Below are positions 35,857 to 45,207 of a DNA stretch of 64,000 bases, piece after piece. The DNA comes from Alphaproteobacteria bacterium. Lineage in GTDB: Bacteria; Myxococcota_A; UBA796; SXON01. The DNA lies in assembly GCA_040376425.1 (NCBI GenBank), contig JBEIQS010000004.1, positions 53,617 to 117,616 on the forward strand. The letters run 5' to 3'. The first letter of the stretch is position 1, and the number at the start of each line of letters is the position of its first letter. The position numbers and the translations under genes were made by a program. A model generated the notes under the pieces. That model made no database searches. It was not told the origin of the DNA and saw only the letters and a program-made list of their open reading frames with translations.

Positions 35857-36824
35857 CGGCGCACCACAGGGGGCTTCACCTCGGAGTTGATCTCGGTGGT
35901 GACCGCACCGTGGCCCATGGCCATCAGCTCGCGCATGGTGCGCTGAGCGCCGTCCACCGAGCCATCCAAGAAGATCACATTGCCCTTGCCATTTTCAGCA
36001 AGGTGCTTCAGCGACTCCGTCCACATGGAGAAGAGGATGAAGGAGGCGTCCAGGTCGGCGGCCTTCATCTCCTGTGCGACTTCGCTCATACCTTTGGCAA
36101 CTTCGCGGCGGAACAGAGCGATACCCTGGCCGCGCAGGCGCAGGGCCTCGCGCTCGGCCTCGGCGGAGATCTTGATGGCGTTGCCCTCGGCTTCGGCCTG
36201 CTTGGTCTTGGTGATCAACAGGGCCTGACCTTCATTTTCGGCGGCCGCCTTCAGGTTGGAGGAGGCGACGACCTGGGCCATGGAGCGGATGATCGCATCG
36301 TCAAAGGTAATGTCGTTCATCTGGAGATCGAGCAGGTGATAGCCCCACTCTTCCAGACTTTGGTCAAGCTGGCTCTTGACCGCCTCTACGATCTCGCGGC
36401 GCAGCGACAGAATCTCGGACTGCCGCTTGGTGGCCACGAAGGCGCGCACCGAGCCCTCCACCGTGCGCACCAGCGTCTGCATGAAGCTGCGCTCGTCGAT
36501 GAACTTGAAGGCCACGTTCTTGATGACCTCTTCGTCCTGGTTCAGCACCGCGTAGAGCAGCATCGCCTTGAAGCCGACGTTGGCCTGGTCCACGGTGATA
36601 GCCTGAAAGGCGAGCTCTACCGAGCGATTCTGGATGGAGATGCGGCGGCTGACCACCTCCAGGAAGGGGATCTTGAAGTTGAGGCCCGGCCACATGGGAC
36701 GCCGATACTTTCCGAACATGGTCACCACGCCCACGGTGCCCTGTTGGATGGTGGTGAAGCTGCCCAGAGCCACGGCGCCTGCGCCTAAGGAGCCCATACA
36801 GACCAGACTGAGGAGTGCGTCCAT
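35853..36824 (-). CDS. SPFH/band-7 (stomatin/prohibitin-like) protein
   Basis: Inner part of ORF 35853..37061(-), starting at MDALLSLVCMGSLGAGAVAL (TM). TIQQGTVGVVTMFGKYRRPMWPGLNFKIPFLE and the coiled-coil AAAENEGQALLITKTKQAEAEGNAIKISAEAEREAL follow. ATGA overlap with the HIT gene. Confidence 0.85.
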   Translation of the reverse strand: MDALLSLVCMGSLGAGAVALGSFTTIQQGTVGVVTMFGKYRRPMWPGLNFKIPFLEVVSRRISIQNRSVELAFQAITVDQANVGFKAMLLYAVLNQDEEVIKNVAFKFIDERSFMQTLVRTVEGSVRAFVATKRQSEILSLRREIVEAVKSQLDQSLEEWGYHLLDLQMNDITFDDAIIRSMAQVVASSNLKAAAENEGQALLITKTKQAEAEGNAIKISAEAEREALRLRGQGIALFRREVAKGMSEVAQEMKAADLDASFILFSMWTESLKHLAENGKGNVIFLDGSVDGAQRTMRELMAMGHGAVTTEINSEVKPPVVRR

Positions 36825-36930
36825 AATTTCTTTCCCTTCGGGGTCGGGAGGAAGATCCCGGCCACAGAAAGCCTCATTATCCTGTCTGGGCGGCGCTGCC
36901 TGTGCTTGCAGGTCGCTTTTGACGCGCCAC

Positions 36931-37788
36931 TTATCGATTTTCGGTGGTGCGGCGCCGAGGGTGGAAGCCGGAACGGTCCCCCCGAAGGCGGGTGCCATGG
37001 GCGCGGTCCTCCTCCCACAATACCCGGCTTTCAGGCCAGGGAAGCCGGGTTCCAGCCGCAAAAGTGGCCGTCGCCAGCGCGTCCGCCTCCACAGCCCGGG
37101 GAGCCACCACGGTCACCGCTCGCAGCCGCCGCGCCTCTGCACCCGAGCGTGCGTCACGGATGTGGCCGGGTTGCCATTGCGGGCTGGAGGTGGAAAGGGC
37201 CGCGTTGTGGAGGGAAAGATCCACCTGGTAGGCGTAGAGATCCACGGTGACCGGCCAGCCCTTCCGCCCGGGAGCGTCTCCGCGCGCCCCGATGTCGCCC
37301 GCCGCATCGATCAGAAAGTGCTGCTCCCCGAGCGCTTCCAGCCTCTCCACCGCGCGATCCACCAGAAAACCCTTCAGGATCCCGCCCAAATCCACCTTGC
37401 CTCCCTCCACCCACCGCAGACCCGCCTCTGCAAACACCTGTCCCCCACGCCAGGTCAGCGAAAAGGCTCCCGCCGACAGCAGCCGCAGCCGCTCCGCTAC
37501 GACAAACAACTCCTCCGCCTCCGGTGGAAAAGCAAGCTTCTCCCCGGCATTCATTCGCCCAGTCAGACTTTGGGGCCGCCACTCGGAGAGCTGGGCTTCC
37601 CAGGCTTCGATCTCCGCAAAAGCTGCATTGATATTGGCCTCTGCGTTGGGCTGCTCCGAGTCCACGCTGATCCCCACCAGGGTACCCATGGCCGGTCGGG
37701 TCTGGTGCAGAAACGCTGCGTGCACCATTGCCGAAAAAAGCAGGATCACGGCCGCCACATCTCCCAAAGGGCCGCGAAGCTCATCCAC
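36931..37788 (-). CDS. apbE: ApbE-family FAD:protein FMN transferase
   Basis: ORF 285 aa. N-terminal anchor VAAVILLFSAMV, AMGTLVGISV, S.W...S......N, VDLGGILKGFLVDRA, FLIDAGGDI-like (FLIDAAGDIG) and ALSTSS are ApbE hallmarks. Confidence 0.8.
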   Translation of the reverse strand: MDELRGPLGDVAAVILLFSAMVHAAFLHQTRPAMGTLVGISVDSEQPNAEANINAAFAEIEAWEAQLSEWRPQSLTGRMNAGEKLAFPPEAEELFVVAERLRLLSAGAFSLTWRGGQVFAEAGLRWVEGGKVDLGGILKGFLVDRAVERLEALGEQHFLIDAAGDIGARGDAPGRKGWPVTVDLYAYQVDLSLHNAALSTSSPQWQPGHIRDARSGAEARRLRAVTVVAPRAVEADALATATFAAGTRLPWPESRVLWEEDRAHGTRLRGDRSGFHPRRRTTENR

Positions 37789-38225
37789 AAGAGCCCGATC
37801 AACAGCATCGCATGGGCCGGAATAAAAAGGACGGAGAAGGCGGTACTCACATAGACCACCAGCCAGGGCAGTGCGATCTGCACCCCCATCGCCAGGATGG
37901 TCAGTGCGGTGATCACCGCACGGCGACGCACCGGGTCGCTGCCCAGGTTGTAGAGGTGCGCCACCACCAGGAAGGTCACCGGCTCGGTGAACAGGTGAAA
38001 GTGCGTTAACTCCAGGATCTGCCGATAACTTTTGGGATAGACCATCCCCGATTCATCGCCGGTCCAGTAGGTGCCGGCCGTCGCCGCACTGATCCCCATT
38101 CCATCGCCATGCAGCAGCGCCGCAGTCAATAATCCGCCCGCCGAAAACAATAAAAAGGAGGAATAGACCAGCTTGCCGCCCACGTCCAGCCGCCGCAGCA
38201 TGTTCTTTCCGGCAAAATCCTTCAT
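37746..38225 (-). CDS. hypothetical 4-TM membrane protein with intramembrane His residues
   Basis: ORF 159 aa with four hydrophobic helices. His at LLHGDG, THFHLF, VVAHLY and IPAHAM. ATGA overlap with the FMN-binding protein stop, and a 3' overlap with the apbE start. Confidence 0.5.
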   Translation of the reverse strand: MKDFAGKNMLRRLDVGGKLVYSSFLLFSAGGLLTAALLHGDGMGISAATAGTYWTGDESGMVYPKSYRQILELTHFHLFTEPVTFLVVAHLYNLGSDPVRRRAVITALTILAMGVQIALPWLVVYVSTAFSVLFIPAHAMLLIGLLWMSFAALWEMWRP

Positions 38226-38743
38226 GGCAGGCCCAGAAAGTCGTGCATCAGCAGGGTATCCCGACGCACCCCCACGGTGATGGCGCGGGAGGAGATTGTA
38301 GCCCCCGATACAAACTGGATGTCGCGGCCCAGCTTCAGCGAAGAGTCCGCATTTTTCCCCACAAACTGCCGTCGGAAGCCCTCGCCCTTCACCCCATCGC
38401 CGTAGGCCTCGCGGTACTCGGTGATCTCCACCCGAAGCACCGATCCCCGAGGATCAAAGAGCACAGCATAGCTGATCGGCTCGTGTTGGCCAAGCTGCGC
38501 ATCCAGGATGGCATAGGCCACCGGCTCCCCCTTCACCCGGCCCACCCAGACTTCATAGCTGGACTGCGGTGGCGCATAGCCCAGCCGCTCTTTCATCTCT
38601 GGTGGCGGCGTATAGGAGATCACCTCCACCTCGGCGGTGGGGAAAAAGCTTTGTACCAGTGCTTCGCGGGTGTAGATGGTGTAGGCGCTTGCGGAGGAGG
38701 GCCAGAGCACGCACAGAGCCAGCAGCAGGATCAATGGCTTCAT
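38222..38743 (-). CDS. secreted FMN-binding-domain protein (predicted ApbE flavinylation substrate)
   Basis: ORF 173 aa with signal peptide MKPLILLLALCVLWPSSASA. The C-terminal FVSGATISSRAIT matches the [ST]GA[ST] flavinylation motif of NqrC/RnfG-type FMN_bind domains. Confidence 0.7.
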   Translation of the reverse strand: MKPLILLLALCVLWPSSASAYTIYTREALVQSFFPTAEVEVISYTPPPEMKERLGYAPPQSSYEVWVGRVKGEPVAYAILDAQLGQHEPISYAVLFDPRGSVLRVEITEYREAYGDGVKGEGFRRQFVGKNADSSLKLGRDIQFVSGATISSRAITVGVRRDTLLMHDFLGLP

Positions 38744-38827
38744 GCCCGGCGCTTAACCGGTCTTTCTGGAATTGAAAATCAATATCAGAACTGGGCTCCA
38801 GCATGGGTGGGTCGGTTAGGAAGGCAG

Positions 38828-39691
38828 ATGCTCGCACCCCGCACCCGCATCGCTGTGGTCTCCCCCTCTGGGGTCTTCACCCCCGCCCGCCTGCACGCGG
38901 GCATGGCACTTTTGCAGGAGTGGGGCTATCAACCCGAGCTTTTGCCGGTCAGTCGAGCGGTGGTGGAGGGGGCGTCGCACCGCTACCTCGCGGGCCAGGA
39001 CAGTGCCCGACTTGCAGAGCTTCAACAGGCTTTTTCCGGCGACTACGGCGCGGTTTGGATGGCACGCGGCGGCTACGGTCTGGCGCGCCTGCTGCCCTCC
39101 TTGGACTTCCGTCGGATGGCGAAAGTGCCCTTTTTTGGCTTTTCGGATGGCACGGTTGTGCTCAATGCCTTGGCGCGACGGGGCTTTCCCGCTGTGCACG
39201 GCCCGGTACTGCAGACGCTGGCCGATCATTTGGACGATGGCAGTCGCTGCGCTCTGCGGACATTTTTGTCCGGTGAAAAGGTTCCCTTGGAGGGAGAGTT
39301 CTGGGTGGAGGGGGAGGCCGAGGGACCGGTGGTGGGGGGCAACCTCTGCGTGTTGGCTTCGCTTTGTGGCACCGAGGGCCAGGTGAATGCCTACGACGCC
39401 CTTTTGTTGTTGGAGGAGCTGAACGAGGCCCCCTACAAGGTGGACCGGATGTTGACCCAGCTTGCGCAGGCCGGGGTTTTTGAAGGGCTCCGCGGTGTGC
39501 TGCTGGGCGAGTTTTTGAACTGTCAGGCGCCGGGCGGGGCGGGCTACACGGTAGAAGATGTCTTGCGTGAGCGTTTGGAGCCCTTGGGAGTGCCGATTTT
39601 GGCTGGACTTCCGGTGGGCCATGGGGCCAGAAATTGGCCGCTGAAGCTGGGGACGGCCCGGCTGTGGGAGGGGGGGGTGGTGGAGGTGTGA
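38828..39691 (+). CDS. LD-carboxypeptidase (S66, LdcA-like)
   Basis: Inner part of ORF 38243..39691, ATG at 38828. IAVVSPSG, WMARGGYG, FFGFSDGT (Ser nucleophile), LLLEELNEAPYKVDRMLTQL and GLPVGHG are S66 motifs. Confidence 0.8.
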   Translation: MLAPRTRIAVVSPSGVFTPARLHAGMALLQEWGYQPELLPVSRAVVEGASHRYLAGQDSARLAELQQAFSGDYGAVWMARGGYGLARLLPSLDFRRMAKVPFFGFSDGTVVLNALARRGFPAVHGPVLQTLADHLDDGSRCALRTFLSGEKVPLEGEFWVEGEAEGPVVGGNLCVLASLCGTEGQVNAYDALLLLEELNEAPYKVDRMLTQLAQAGVFEGLRGVLLGEFLNCQAPGGAGYTVEDVLRERLEPLGVPILAGLPVGHGARNWPLKLGTARLWEGGVVEV

Positions 39692-39742
39692 GGGGCCAAC
39701 CCGCCCCCAACCGGTTAGAACAGTCGCCCGCGAGGCGTAGGC

Positions 39743-40606
39743 GTGAGCGACGAAGGTACCCGTTGGTTTGAGCAGACCCCCACCCCGGTGAGCGCCGAGC
39801 CGCGCGCGACCCCGGCGGTGAAAGACCTGTGGACACGTTGCCCGGGCTGCCAGCAGATCCTGTTCCGGGCAGCCTTGTTGGAAAACATGGCCGTGTGCCC
39901 CCACTGCGGGTGGCACCACCGGTGGGATGGGCGGGCGCGGCTGGAAGCGGTGGTGGATCCCGATTCTTTTGTGCGGATGGATGCAGACGTACTGCCGACG
40001 GACGCCCTGGGCTTTGTGGACAGCAAACCCTATGCGGCGCGGATCACCGCCTCGCAGCGGGCTACCGGCCAGCCCGATGCCTATATCCAGGGCTATGCCA
40101 CCATTCAAGAGACCCCGGTGGAGATTGGTACCTTTGACTTCCGCTTTATGGGCGGGTCGATGGGATCGGTGGTGGGCGAGCTGATCTGCCGGCAGGTGGA
40201 GCGGGCCATCGAGCGTCGGCATCCGGTGGTGATTTTTTCGGCCTCAGGCGGTGCGCGTATGCAGGAGGGCCTGCTGTCGCTCATGCAGATGGCCCGGACT
40301 TCGGCCGCCCTGGCGCGGCTGCGCGATGAGGCCCGGCAACCCTACATTTCGGTGATTACCGACCCCACAACCGGCGGGGTGGCTGCCTCCTTCGCCATGC
40401 TGGGCGACGTGATCCTCGCCGAGCCCCACGCACTCATCGGCTTTGCCGGCCCCCGGGTGATCCAGCAGACCATCGGCCAGGAGCTGCCCGAGGGTTTTCA
40501 AACCAGCGAGTACCTGCTGGAGCACGGCATGATCGACCAGATCGTGCGGCGTGCGGAGCTTCGGGACACACTTGGAAAGCTGTTGAAATTGCTGAGGCCG
40601 GCATGA
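39743..40606 (+). CDS. accD: acetyl-CoA carboxylase carboxyltransferase subunit beta
   Basis: Zinc ribbon CPGCQQ...CPHCGWH, GGSMGSVVGE, SGGARMQEG and the ATGA overlap with folC. Confidence 0.9.
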   Translation: MSDEGTRWFEQTPTPVSAEPRATPAVKDLWTRCPGCQQILFRAALLENMAVCPHCGWHHRWDGRARLEAVVDPDSFVRMDADVLPTDALGFVDSKPYAARITASQRATGQPDAYIQGYATIQETPVEIGTFDFRFMGGSMGSVVGELICRQVERAIERRHPVVIFSASGGARMQEGLLSLMQMARTSAALARLRDEARQPYISVITDPTTGGVAASFAMLGDVILAEPHALIGFAGPRVIQQTIGQELPEGFQTSEYLLEHGMIDQIVRRAELRDTLGKLLKLLRPA

Positions 40607-41868
40607 CCGAACATCCCCTGCTTGCGGCGCTCGCCCGGGCAGGCATGAAGATGGGCCTCGCGCGCATGCGCTCCTACCTGGAGTGGCTGGGGAACCCCCA
40701 CCTTCAGTATCCGGTAATACATGTGGCCGGAACCAATGGCAAAGGCAGCGTATGCCGGATGGTGGGCGCCATCCTGGAAGAGCAGGGATTTAAGGTAGGT
40801 ATCACCACCTCCCCCCACCTGCAAGAAGTGAACGAACGTATTCGCATCGGTACGGCCCCCATCTCTGACGCCGACCTGGACAGCCTGCTGCGGCGGATGG
40901 ACACCGTGCGGCGGGCCTGGGCTTCCGCCGTGGTCGGACCTACCGAGGCCTTTCCGCTCACCTACTTCGAGTTCTCCACCGCCGCCGCTTTTCAGCATTT
41001 TGCCGATCAGAAGGTGGATGTGGCCGTGGTAGAGGTGGGCATGGGCGGAAGGCTGGATGCCTCCAACGTGTGTGCTCCCTTGGCCACGGCGATCGTGACG
41101 GTGGGGCTGGACCACACCGAACAACTTGGCCCGGATCACAGCTCGATAGCCGCGGAGAAAGCGGGCATCCTGAAGGCCGGGGTCCCTGCGGTCATCGGGC
41201 CCCTCAACAACCAGGCCCTGGCCGTGGTGCGGGCAGTGGCGGCAGAGCGGCAGGTACCCCTCCACCTCTACGGCGACAACTACCAGGCCCTGGGCTCCAC
41301 TGACTCCTTCCGCTACCAGGGGGAGGGGGTGGTGAGAGACTGCTTGCGCCTTGGCCTGCACGGCGATCACCAGGTCCACAATGCCGCGGTTGCTTTGCGG
41401 CTGATCGATCTGCTTCCAAGTTCCTTGCGTTGCGACGAAGACGCGATCCGTCGTGGGCTGGCCCGCGCCGAGAACAGCGGTCGCTTGGAGTGGGTGGCGC
41501 CCGATTTGCTGCTGGACGGCGCCCACAACCCGGATGGTGCACAGGTGCTGGCACACTACCTTGCGCGGCTGCCCAAAGATCGTCCGCGGGTACTGCTTCT
41601 GGGCGGCGGGACCGACAAAGATATCCGCTCCGTCGCAACGATTCTGGCTCCCGCGGTGGACAGGATCGTCGCCACCGCGGGTACACATGCCAAGGCGCGG
41701 AGCCCTGAAAATGTGGTTGCGGAGCTGGCGGGACTGCCGGTCGAGTCGGGTGGAATGGTGGGCAACGCCTTGAAGCTGCACCGGAACGGGAAAAACCTGG
41801 TGATTCTGGCGGGTTCGCTCTATCTGGTTGGGGAGGCGCGGGGACTGGTGGTCACAGGGCCGGCCTAG
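40603..41868 (+). CDS. folC: bifunctional folylpolyglutamate synthase / dihydrofolate synthase
   Basis: P-loop HVAGTNGKGS, VVEVGMGGRLDA, ITSIGLDH-like (VTVGLDHTE) and LLDGAHNPDG. Shows the conserved accD-folC synteny. Confidence 0.9.
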   Translation: MTEHPLLAALARAGMKMGLARMRSYLEWLGNPHLQYPVIHVAGTNGKGSVCRMVGAILEEQGFKVGITTSPHLQEVNERIRIGTAPISDADLDSLLRRMDTVRRAWASAVVGPTEAFPLTYFEFSTAAAFQHFADQKVDVAVVEVGMGGRLDASNVCAPLATAIVTVGLDHTEQLGPDHSSIAAEKAGILKAGVPAVIGPLNNQALAVVRAVAAERQVPLHLYGDNYQALGSTDSFRYQGEGVVRDCLRLGLHGDHQVHNAAVALRLIDLLPSSLRCDEDAIRRGLARAENSGRLEWVAPDLLLDGAHNPDGAQVLAHYLARLPKDRPRVLLLGGGTDKDIRSVATILAPAVDRIVATAGTHAKARSPENVVAELAGLPVESGGMVGNALKLHRNGKNLVILAGSLYLVGEARGLVVTGPA

Positions 41869-43607
41869 TGGAGCTGAAAGTCCAGGCGGATCGCATCGAA
41901 TGGGCCGCTGAGAGCGCCGTTGCCGAGGGGAATGTCTGGCTGATCTGGGGTGAGGAGCGGCTGGAGGCCCAGCGCGCAAGCTGGACACCCACCGGCTTGG
42001 TTCTGGAGCGTGGGCACTGGGAAAGAGCAGCAGAAAAGCTGAGTTTTGAGCGGGCGGAGATCCTGCTGCCCCCGGAGACGGTGATGCTGTACGAGGCCCG
42101 CCTGGACATCCAGGGGGCCTCGCTCGCTGCCGGCAGGCTGGAGCTGGGAAAAGAGCGGTGGGAGGGGGAGGATGCCACACTGGTGCCCTGCACCTGTACC
42201 GACGGCGGTCCGCCCGCGCTCAGCTTCTCCGCGCGCGCCTTTCAATTGCGGGCCCGACCCAGCGCTCCCGAAGAGCCGACGGTCCTCCTGCTCCAGGGCG
42301 GCATGGTTCGCCTGTTCCGCCTGCCGGTCCTGCCGCTGCCGGTGGCCCGCATCCCGTTGAACCCTCAACATTTCCGCCTCCACCTTCCTGAATTGGGCTA
42401 CGGCAGCAACGGCTGGTCTGCAGGGTGGTCCGCGCAGGGCGGCGTGGAGGGCTGGATGTTGGAGGGGGGCCCCACCTGGCGGCAGGATCGGGGCTTTGGC
42501 GCAGAGGTGAAGCTGGAGGGCCCCCGGCCCCCGGGCGAGCTGCGGGACACCGCCGCGCCGGTGCTGCAGGCACAGGGTGGTTGGGACCAGATCCAGGAAA
42601 AGTGGCGGGGAAGTCTGCAAAGCCGGGGGGGCTACACCTGGGATCGGCCCGAGTCGCGGTGGAGTCGCGGCGACAGCCGGCTGGCGTGGGACCTGGGCTT
42701 GGTCTCCGACCCCGGCTACACACAGGACTACGCCCCCGACTGGGTAGCCCGAGGGGTCCAATGGCAGGAACAACGAGGGCTGTTTGAGTCTGGGGCCACC
42801 AGCATCCAGGCCTGGCACAGCGACGATGGCTCGCCCGGACCGCTGCTGGTGGCCCAAAGTGGCCTGGAGCTGAGCCGACGCGACACGCTGCGACCCTCGC
42901 TGGGCCTGGCCTTGGAAGCCCAAGAAGAGGGGCTCCGGCCGGTGCCGCAGGCGGGCTTGGAGCTGGAGGGAGGGCGGACCCGCGGGCCGGTCCACGGGGC
43001 CGTGCAGGCAGCAGGGCTGGCGCAGCTTTGGGGTCTGGACGAGCTGCGGGGACAGGCGGCGGCCGAGGCGCAGGTGGATCTGTCGGTCTGGGGGCAGAGC
43101 CGGCGGCTTCGCGCGCTGTGGTGGCCCGGCCTGCGGATGCGGGGAGCCATTGGCGAAAAAGAGGCCTGGGGTCTGGGCCCCGGGGTGGATCTGCGCATCA
43201 ACGGACCAAATGCTCTGTTGATTGGAGAGGCGCGGCTCTTGTGGACCGAGAAGGGCTGGTCCCCGGAAGGGCGCCTGTGGCTGGATGTGGGCGACTTTTC
43301 CGCAGAGATGGAGCTGCAACCCGCGCAACAGCAGGTCCAGCTCCGATGGGATCAGGAGTGGCTGCAGTTGGGACTGGCCAGCCGGCGCAGTGATGCGGGC
43401 TGGCTGGCGCGGGCGGAAGGCGAGTGGTTGGTCAAGCGGCTGCGGCTGGGCTCCGACCTGGCCTGGGATTTTTATGCCCAGTCCTGGTCGGGCGCAGGTC
43501 TGGGGCTGGGCTACGACGACGGGTGCAGCCTCGCCATGCTGCGTGTGGGCTTTTCGCCGGATCGAAGCCTGCCGGATGTGGGTCTACGGGTGGAGCTGCG
43601 TCGTTGA
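41868..43607 (+). CDS. LptD/OstA-family outer-membrane protein (LPS-assembly-like)
   Basis: ORF 579 aa. OstA-like N-terminus (AEGNVWLIWGEERLEAQRASW), PCTC....PALSFSARAF and RLFRLPVLPLPVARIPL resemble LptD motifs. GTG start overlaps the folC stop. No obvious signal peptide. Confidence 0.5.
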   Translation: MELKVQADRIEWAAESAVAEGNVWLIWGEERLEAQRASWTPTGLVLERGHWERAAEKLSFERAEILLPPETVMLYEARLDIQGASLAAGRLELGKERWEGEDATLVPCTCTDGGPPALSFSARAFQLRARPSAPEEPTVLLLQGGMVRLFRLPVLPLPVARIPLNPQHFRLHLPELGYGSNGWSAGWSAQGGVEGWMLEGGPTWRQDRGFGAEVKLEGPRPPGELRDTAAPVLQAQGGWDQIQEKWRGSLQSRGGYTWDRPESRWSRGDSRLAWDLGLVSDPGYTQDYAPDWVARGVQWQEQRGLFESGATSIQAWHSDDGSPGPLLVAQSGLELSRRDTLRPSLGLALEAQEEGLRPVPQAGLELEGGRTRGPVHGAVQAAGLAQLWGLDELRGQAAAEAQVDLSVWGQSRRLRALWWPGLRMRGAIGEKEAWGLGPGVDLRINGPNALLIGEARLLWTEKGWSPEGRLWLDVGDFSAEMELQPAQQQVQLRWDQEWLQLGLASRRSDAGWLARAEGEWLVKRLRLGSDLAWDFYAQSWSGAGLGLGYDDGCSLAMLRVGFSPDRSLPDVGLRVELRR

Positions 43608-43636
43608 ACGATTGTTCAATCTTGAAAAACAGGCGT

Positions 43637-44362
43637 TCAGAATGGAAAACCAAGGATTACGCGGGCAGAGATTGGACCGCGCTCGGACTCCTCCCCGTAG
43701 CTTGCCACCGGAACCATCAGCGTACTGGCCATCCACCAATGTTGCTGGTTGAAGGCCAAGGCTGGCCCAAGGGCCAGCTCTCCGCCTTCAAAGCCCTGGT
43801 CCGGGGACAGGTGGTTCTCGTTTTCCAGCTCCAGCCCCAGGTGTACACCCTTGAAGACGCGCACCGACACCCCTAATTTGTTCTCGATCGCCGCCTCCAT
43901 TTCCAGATCGGGCTCGCCCGTCTCGTACTCCCACTCCACCTCGCCCACCAGGTTGTAGGCCACCAGAAGCGGGCCCTTGTCCAGATCCAGGATCACCTTG
44001 GCTTCCAGCTCGGTTTCCGAAGGCCCCGCCGACACTTCTCCATACAGAGCAAGCCCCACCGGTGCCACCGCGCGTCGCAGAAGATTCAGCTTCCACTCGG
44101 AAGAAATCCCGTCAAAGGACGCTCCAGAACGATCCGCAGACCAGTTGATGTAGAAGGCGGTAAGGAGGCGGTTGGAGATCGCCCACTCCAGCTCCATGCG
44201 GTTGGAGAGGGCAAGACCCTGGCGATCGGGCAGAAAGGTCACCGTCGCCCAGGGCTCCAGCTCGCGGGCTTCCTTCGGCATCACCAGGGAGTCGTAGGTA
44301 TGGGTAAAACGACGTTCGTTGGCGGACACATCGGGGAGCATGGAGAGAAGCAGTGGCAGCAT
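43637..44362 (-). CDS. hypothetical outer-membrane beta-barrel-like protein
   Basis: ORF 241 aa with alternating amphipathic strands and a terminal ...ILGFPF (C-terminal Phe). Confidence 0.45.
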   Translation of the reverse strand: MLPLLLSMLPDVSANERRFTHTYDSLVMPKEARELEPWATVTFLPDRQGLALSNRMELEWAISNRLLTAFYINWSADRSGASFDGISSEWKLNLLRRAVAPVGLALYGEVSAGPSETELEAKVILDLDKGPLLVAYNLVGEVEWEYETGEPDLEMEAAIENKLGVSVRVFKGVHLGLELENENHLSPDQGFEGGELALGPALAFNQQHWWMASTLMVPVASYGEESERGPISARVILGFPF

Positions 44363-44379
44363 GTATGATCCTTGAGAAT

Positions 44380-44398
44380 GATTTTGATTTTCATTATC
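44380..44398. promoter_or_regulatory. candidate Fur box GATTTTGATTTTCATTATC
   Basis: 15/19 identity to the classical Fur consensus GATAATGATAATCATTATC, by manual alignment. It lies in the only strongly AT-rich intergenic stretch (44363-44410), between the divergent OM-barrel gene and the rhomboid gene. Confidence 0.4.
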
Positions 44399-44469
44399 AT
44401 GATATCACGCGGACATGCCGCCGGCAAGCACCCGCTTCCCCCCACTATCCCCGTGCTTAAAATCCCCCG

Positions 44470-45174
44470 ATGTTCCCCATCCGCGACAACATCCAGAGCC
44501 GGCGATGGCCGGTGGTCAACCTGCTGATCATCCTGGTGAACGTCGCCGTTTTTGTAAACTATTTCAGCATGAGTGAGCGCGCCCTGGACCAGTTCATCCT
44601 GAGCTGGTCGGTGGTGCCCGAACGTTTCTGGGGCGCGTTGGACCGCCCGGCGCTGCTGCCGCTCCAGGTTGCCACGCTGTTCTCTGGGATGTTCATGCAC
44701 GGAGGGCTGCTGCACATCGCCGGAAACATGTGGTTTTTATGGATCTTCGGGGATAATATCGAAGATCGGCTCGGGCACCTGCGCTACCTGTTGTTCTACC
44801 TGGCCACTGGACTCATCGCCACCGCGTCCGAGCTTTTTGCCTCTCCCCACAGTGCAATTCCCATGCTCGGAGCCTCGGGCGCGGTGGCCGGGGTGCTGGG
44901 GGCCTACCTGTGGTGGTATCCGCGGGCGCGGGTGCAGACCCTGGTGCCGATTTTCATCTTTCTGCAGTTTATGGAACTTCCTGCGGTTCTTTTTCTGGGC
45001 CTTTGGTTCGTCATGCAGATTCTCGGTAGCCTGGGCGGGGAGGGTGGTGTGGCCTGGTATGCGCACATATTCGGCTTTATAGGTGGGCTATTGCTCTCCA
45101 TGCTCGCCACCCGACCGCCGCCTCGACCCATTCGCCCCCTCCCCGCATCGCGGAACATCTACCGACGGCGTTGA
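44470..45174 (+). CDS. rhomboid-family intramembrane serine protease
   Basis: ORF 234 aa. FMHGGLLHIAGNMWFLWIFG (HxxxN), GASGAVAGVLGAY (catalytic Ser) and YAHIFGFIGG (catalytic His). Confidence 0.85.
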   Translation: MFPIRDNIQSRRWPVVNLLIILVNVAVFVNYFSMSERALDQFILSWSVVPERFWGALDRPALLPLQVATLFSGMFMHGGLLHIAGNMWFLWIFGDNIEDRLGHLRYLLFYLATGLIATASELFASPHSAIPMLGASGAVAGVLGAYLWWYPRARVQTLVPIFIFLQFMELPAVLFLGLWFVMQILGSLGGEGGVAWYAHIFGFIGGLLLSMLATRPPPRPIRPLPASRNIYRRR

Positions 45175-45207
45175 TCCCCCTTCTTTCGGCTGTGATACAC
45201 TCTACCG

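Noticed and set aside
40498-43328. 560-aa and 487-aa minus-strand ORFs (40498..42180, 41865..43328)
   Set aside because: They are antisense to folC and the LptD-like gene. The composition is P/R/G/Q-rich with no motifs.
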